From: Candidatus Micrarchaeota archaeon
Lineage (GTDB): Archaea; Micrarchaeota; Micrarchaeia; Anstonellales; Bilamarchaeaceae
DNA: 64,000 nucleotides
NCBI GenBank assembly: GCA_964552755.1
Contig: CAZKHX010000003.1
Span: forward strand, 11,899 to 75,898
Direction: 5' to 3'
Shown: one piece after another, positions 61,813 to 64,000 of the stretch
How positions within the stretch are numbered: the stretch's first letter is position 1
Layout of the letters: every line of letters starts with the position of its first letter
Notes under the pieces: model-generated
Told to the model about the DNA's origin: nothing
Database searches by the model: none
Seen by the model: only the letters and a program-made list of their open reading frames with translations
Program-made: the position numbers and the translations under genes

Positions 61813-63458
61813 TGAGCCCGAAAAAGAAGGAGAAGGAAGAGAAGAGCAAGCTCAAGGCCATTGAAAACGGGAAGATGAAGGATGCGGACATACTCTCCAA
61901 GGAGGAAGAGGAAAAGAGGAAGGCGAAGGAGAAGTTCTGGGCTGAGAAGAAGTACATCGCGCAGGTGAAGAGGATAGACATCCGCGTGGGGGAGAACATC
62001 ATAGTGCTCAACGAGGCCGAGGCGCTGGAGAATGAGATATACAGCGGCTACCGGGTTATAATAAAGCACAGGGACGATGAGCTCATCTGCATAGTCGACC
62101 TGAGCAGCGAGATGGTGAAAAAGGGGGAGGTGGGCTGCTTCAAGGACGTGTGGGAGGTGCTCAAGCTCAAGGGCGGCGACATAATCAAGATAGGGCACAT
62201 GGAGAGGCCCGCGAGCATAGGGTTCATCAAGAAGAAGCTGGATGGCGAAACGCTCAGCCCGATACAGATAAGCACCATAATCTCAGACCTGATGGAAAAC
62301 CGGCTGAGCAAGGCGGAGCTGGCGAGCTGGATAAGCTCCATGTACATCAGGGGGATGAGCGAAGAAGAGGTCGTTGCGCTCACCGAATCAATAGTGAAGT
62401 CCGGCGCCCAGCTGGACCTGGGGGTTAAGCCGGTTGCGGACAAGCACTGCATAGGCGGCGTTGCGGGCAACCGGACCACGATGGTCGTTGTCCCGATACT
62501 TGCCGCGGCGGGGGTCTACATCCCGAAAACTTCCTCCCGCGCAATCACCTCGGCGGCAGGCACCGCGGACACCATGGAAGTGCTCGCCCCCGTGAAGTTC
62601 ACCGTAAGCGAGCTCAGGAGGATGGTGAGGAAGGCCAAGGGCGCAATCGCATGGGGCGGGGGCATGAACCTCGCGGCCGCGGATGACAAGCTAATACGGA
62701 TAAGGCACCCGCTCTCGCTCGACCCGAGGGGCGTGCTGCTTGCGAGCATACTCGCGAAGAAAAGGAGCGTGGGCTCCAAATTCCTGGTGATGGACATTCC
62801 GATAGGCAGGGGCACCAAAGTGGAAAACATGGATGCGGCGAACGCGCTCGGCACGGACTTCATCAAGATAGGGAAGAAGCTCGGGATGAGGGTGGAAAGC
62901 CTCATCACGGACGGCTCCGAGCCGGTGGGCAACGGCATCGGCGCTGCGCTGGAATGCAAGGACGTGATGGAGGTGCTGCAGGGTGGAGGCCCGGGCGACC
63001 TGAGCAACAAGAGCTGCCTGATTGCCGGGCGCCTGCTCGAGATGGTGGGCAAGGTTTCCGAAGGCGACGGCTACCAGGTCGCCCAGCATTTCCTCGAGAA
63101 CGGGAAGGCATGGGCGAAGATGCAGGAGATAATAGACATCCAGGGCGGCAACCCGAAGGTGAAGGTTGACGACCTGCCCATAGGGGGCTACAAGCACACT
63201 GTGGAGTCGACCCGCGACGGCAAGATAAGCCACATAGACAACAAGGCGATATCGAAGATTGCAAGGGCGGCAGGCGCGCCGCGGGACACTGGCGCGGGGG
63301 TGTACCTTTTCCGCCTCAAGGGCGACCGCGTGAGGAAGGGCGACGTGCTCTTCGACATATATTCCAGCAGCGAGACAAGGCTGGATTTCGCGATAAAGGC
63401 GCTCGGGGTCTGGGACCCGATAGAAATGGAGAAGATACTCCTCGGGACACTGAGATAA
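61809..63458 (+). CDS. AMP phosphorylase (thymidine-phosphorylase family, archaeal DeoA type) with K/E-rich N-terminal extension
   Basis: The N-terminal domain is VKRIDIRVGENIIVLNEAEA. ADKHCIGGVAGNRTT, TSSRAITSAAGTADTME and DIPIGRGTKV motifs are also present. Confidence 0.8.
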   Translation: MMSPKKKEKEEKSKLKAIENGKMKDADILSKEEEEKRKAKEKFWAEKKYIAQVKRIDIRVGENIIVLNEAEALENEIYSGYRVIIKHRDDELICIVDLSSEMVKKGEVGCFKDVWEVLKLKGGDIIKIGHMERPASIGFIKKKLDGETLSPIQISTIISDLMENRLSKAELASWISSMYIRGMSEEEVVALTESIVKSGAQLDLGVKPVADKHCIGGVAGNRTTMVVVPILAAAGVYIPKTSSRAITSAAGTADTMEVLAPVKFTVSELRRMVRKAKGAIAWGGGMNLAAADDKLIRIRHPLSLDPRGVLLASILAKKRSVGSKFLVMDIPIGRGTKVENMDAANALGTDFIKIGKKLGMRVESLITDGSEPVGNGIGAALECKDVMEVLQGGGPGDLSNKSCLIAGRLLEMVGKVSEGDGYQVAQHFLENGKAWAKMQEIIDIQGGNPKVKVDDLPIGGYKHTVESTRDGKISHIDNKAISKIARAAGAPRDTGAGVYLFRLKGDRVRKGDVLFDIYSSSETRLDFAIKALGVWDPIEMEKILLGTLR

Positions 63459-63491
63459 GGATTAAAAAGAAAACCGTCCTTTATCTCCCTA

Positions 63492-63586
63492 CCCGCTATA
63501 GCTCAACGGTAGAGCGGTCGGCTGTAGCCTGTTTACTGCTAAAAGCAGAAACCGACAGGTTCCCGGTTCAAATCCGGGTGGCGGGA
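63492..63586 (+). tRNA. tRNA-Tyr (anticodon GUA) with ~23-nt intron after position 37
   Basis: Hand-folded: acceptor CCCGCTA/TGGCGGG (C1:G72, as in archaeal tRNA-Tyr), D arm GCTC-AACGGTA-GAGC, and anticodon stem GTCGG/CCGAC. The loop is CTGTAG[intron 63528-63550]A, the T arm CCCGG-TTCAAAT-CCGGG and the discriminator A. No CCA is encoded. Confidence 0.8.
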
Positions 63587-63588
63587 TT

Positions 63589-63945
63589 ATGAAATACAGG
63601 TTTTCGGCAAAAACCCTGGAATGGCTGGAAGCGCAGAGCTTCGACGGGAAGGAAGTCGAGGTTTCTGAGCACCTGCTGAACAAGCTCAGCAACGGAGTGG
63701 GCTCAGGCCCGGTTGCGCCCAAGGACGCGCCCCCGAAAGTGGAGGCGTTCGTGCACGCGCTCGCCTCGCTCACATGGCCCAACGGCGTGCCCACCTGCTT
63801 CATGGAGGATGGGAAAATCTACATCCCGCCCGAAGCGGAAAGGAGGTATGCGGAGGGGCTCGAGATGGCAGGTGTTGACGTGAGCGGAGTGGAAGGCGGC
63901 GCGCTCGGAAAGCCGAAGCAGAGGGACCTGCACAGGAAGTACTGA
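63589..63945 (+). CDS. hypothetical protein
   Basis: The ATG lies 3 nt after tRNA-Tyr. There is no motif. Whether it is coding is uncertain. Confidence 0.3.
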   Translation: MKYRFSAKTLEWLEAQSFDGKEVEVSEHLLNKLSNGVGSGPVAPKDAPPKVEAFVHALASLTWPNGVPTCFMEDGKIYIPPEAERRYAEGLEMAGVDVSGVEGGALGKPKQRDLHRKY

Positions 63946-64000
63946 GCCTGAGCAAATGGCGCAGTTTTAAATTCTTTTTCAGGAAACTGGTAGTTATGAA

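Overview
This is a compact, gene-dense, roughly 58-60% GC archaeal chromosome segment. The archaeal assignment rests on the RFC small subunit, ScpA/ScpB, a PAC2 proteasome chaperone, a Sec61-beta-like protein, Fap7/AK6, an archaeal-type ProRS, class-III-signal pilin-like proteins, a Methanococcales-type S-layer protein, and tRNA introns at position 37/38. The reduced enzyme sizes and the AMP-phosphorylase/R15P-isomerase module suggest a DPANN-like or other small-genome archaeon, but that is inference.

I support about 62 CDS and 3 tRNA genes. All three tRNAs carry introns and none encodes CCA. There is no rRNA, CRISPR array, transposase or integrase. Recognisable content covers several groups:
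- Pyrimidine and purine metabolism: pyrB, pyrI, pyrC, prs, purB, purM, tmk and a kinase-dCMP deaminase fusion.
- Translation: ValRS, IleRS, ProRS, TrmO and a TtuA/Ncs6-like thiolase.
- Energy and ion transport: enolase, a membrane pyrophosphatase and two K+ channel types.

Many long ORFs in the track are antisense artefacts of the high GC content, and I rejected them.

The most interesting items are:
1. A tight five-gene operon (33950-40131) built around a VirB4/TrbE-like ATPase with four unrecognisable membrane or coiled-coil partners. This is a candidate novel envelope translocation system.
2. A secreted protein with the hallmarks of a bacterial outer-membrane beta-barrel, next to a protein with a peptidoglycan-binding-like domain.
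3. A ThiS-like ubiquitin-fold domain fused to the tRNA thiolase.
4. A CBS protein ending in an HPF/RaiA-like domain.
5. A palindrome-rich ~210-bp intergenic element next to tRNA-Glu.
6. A recurrent architecture of single shared TATA boxes about 27 nt from both divergent start codons, which implies leaderless transcripts.
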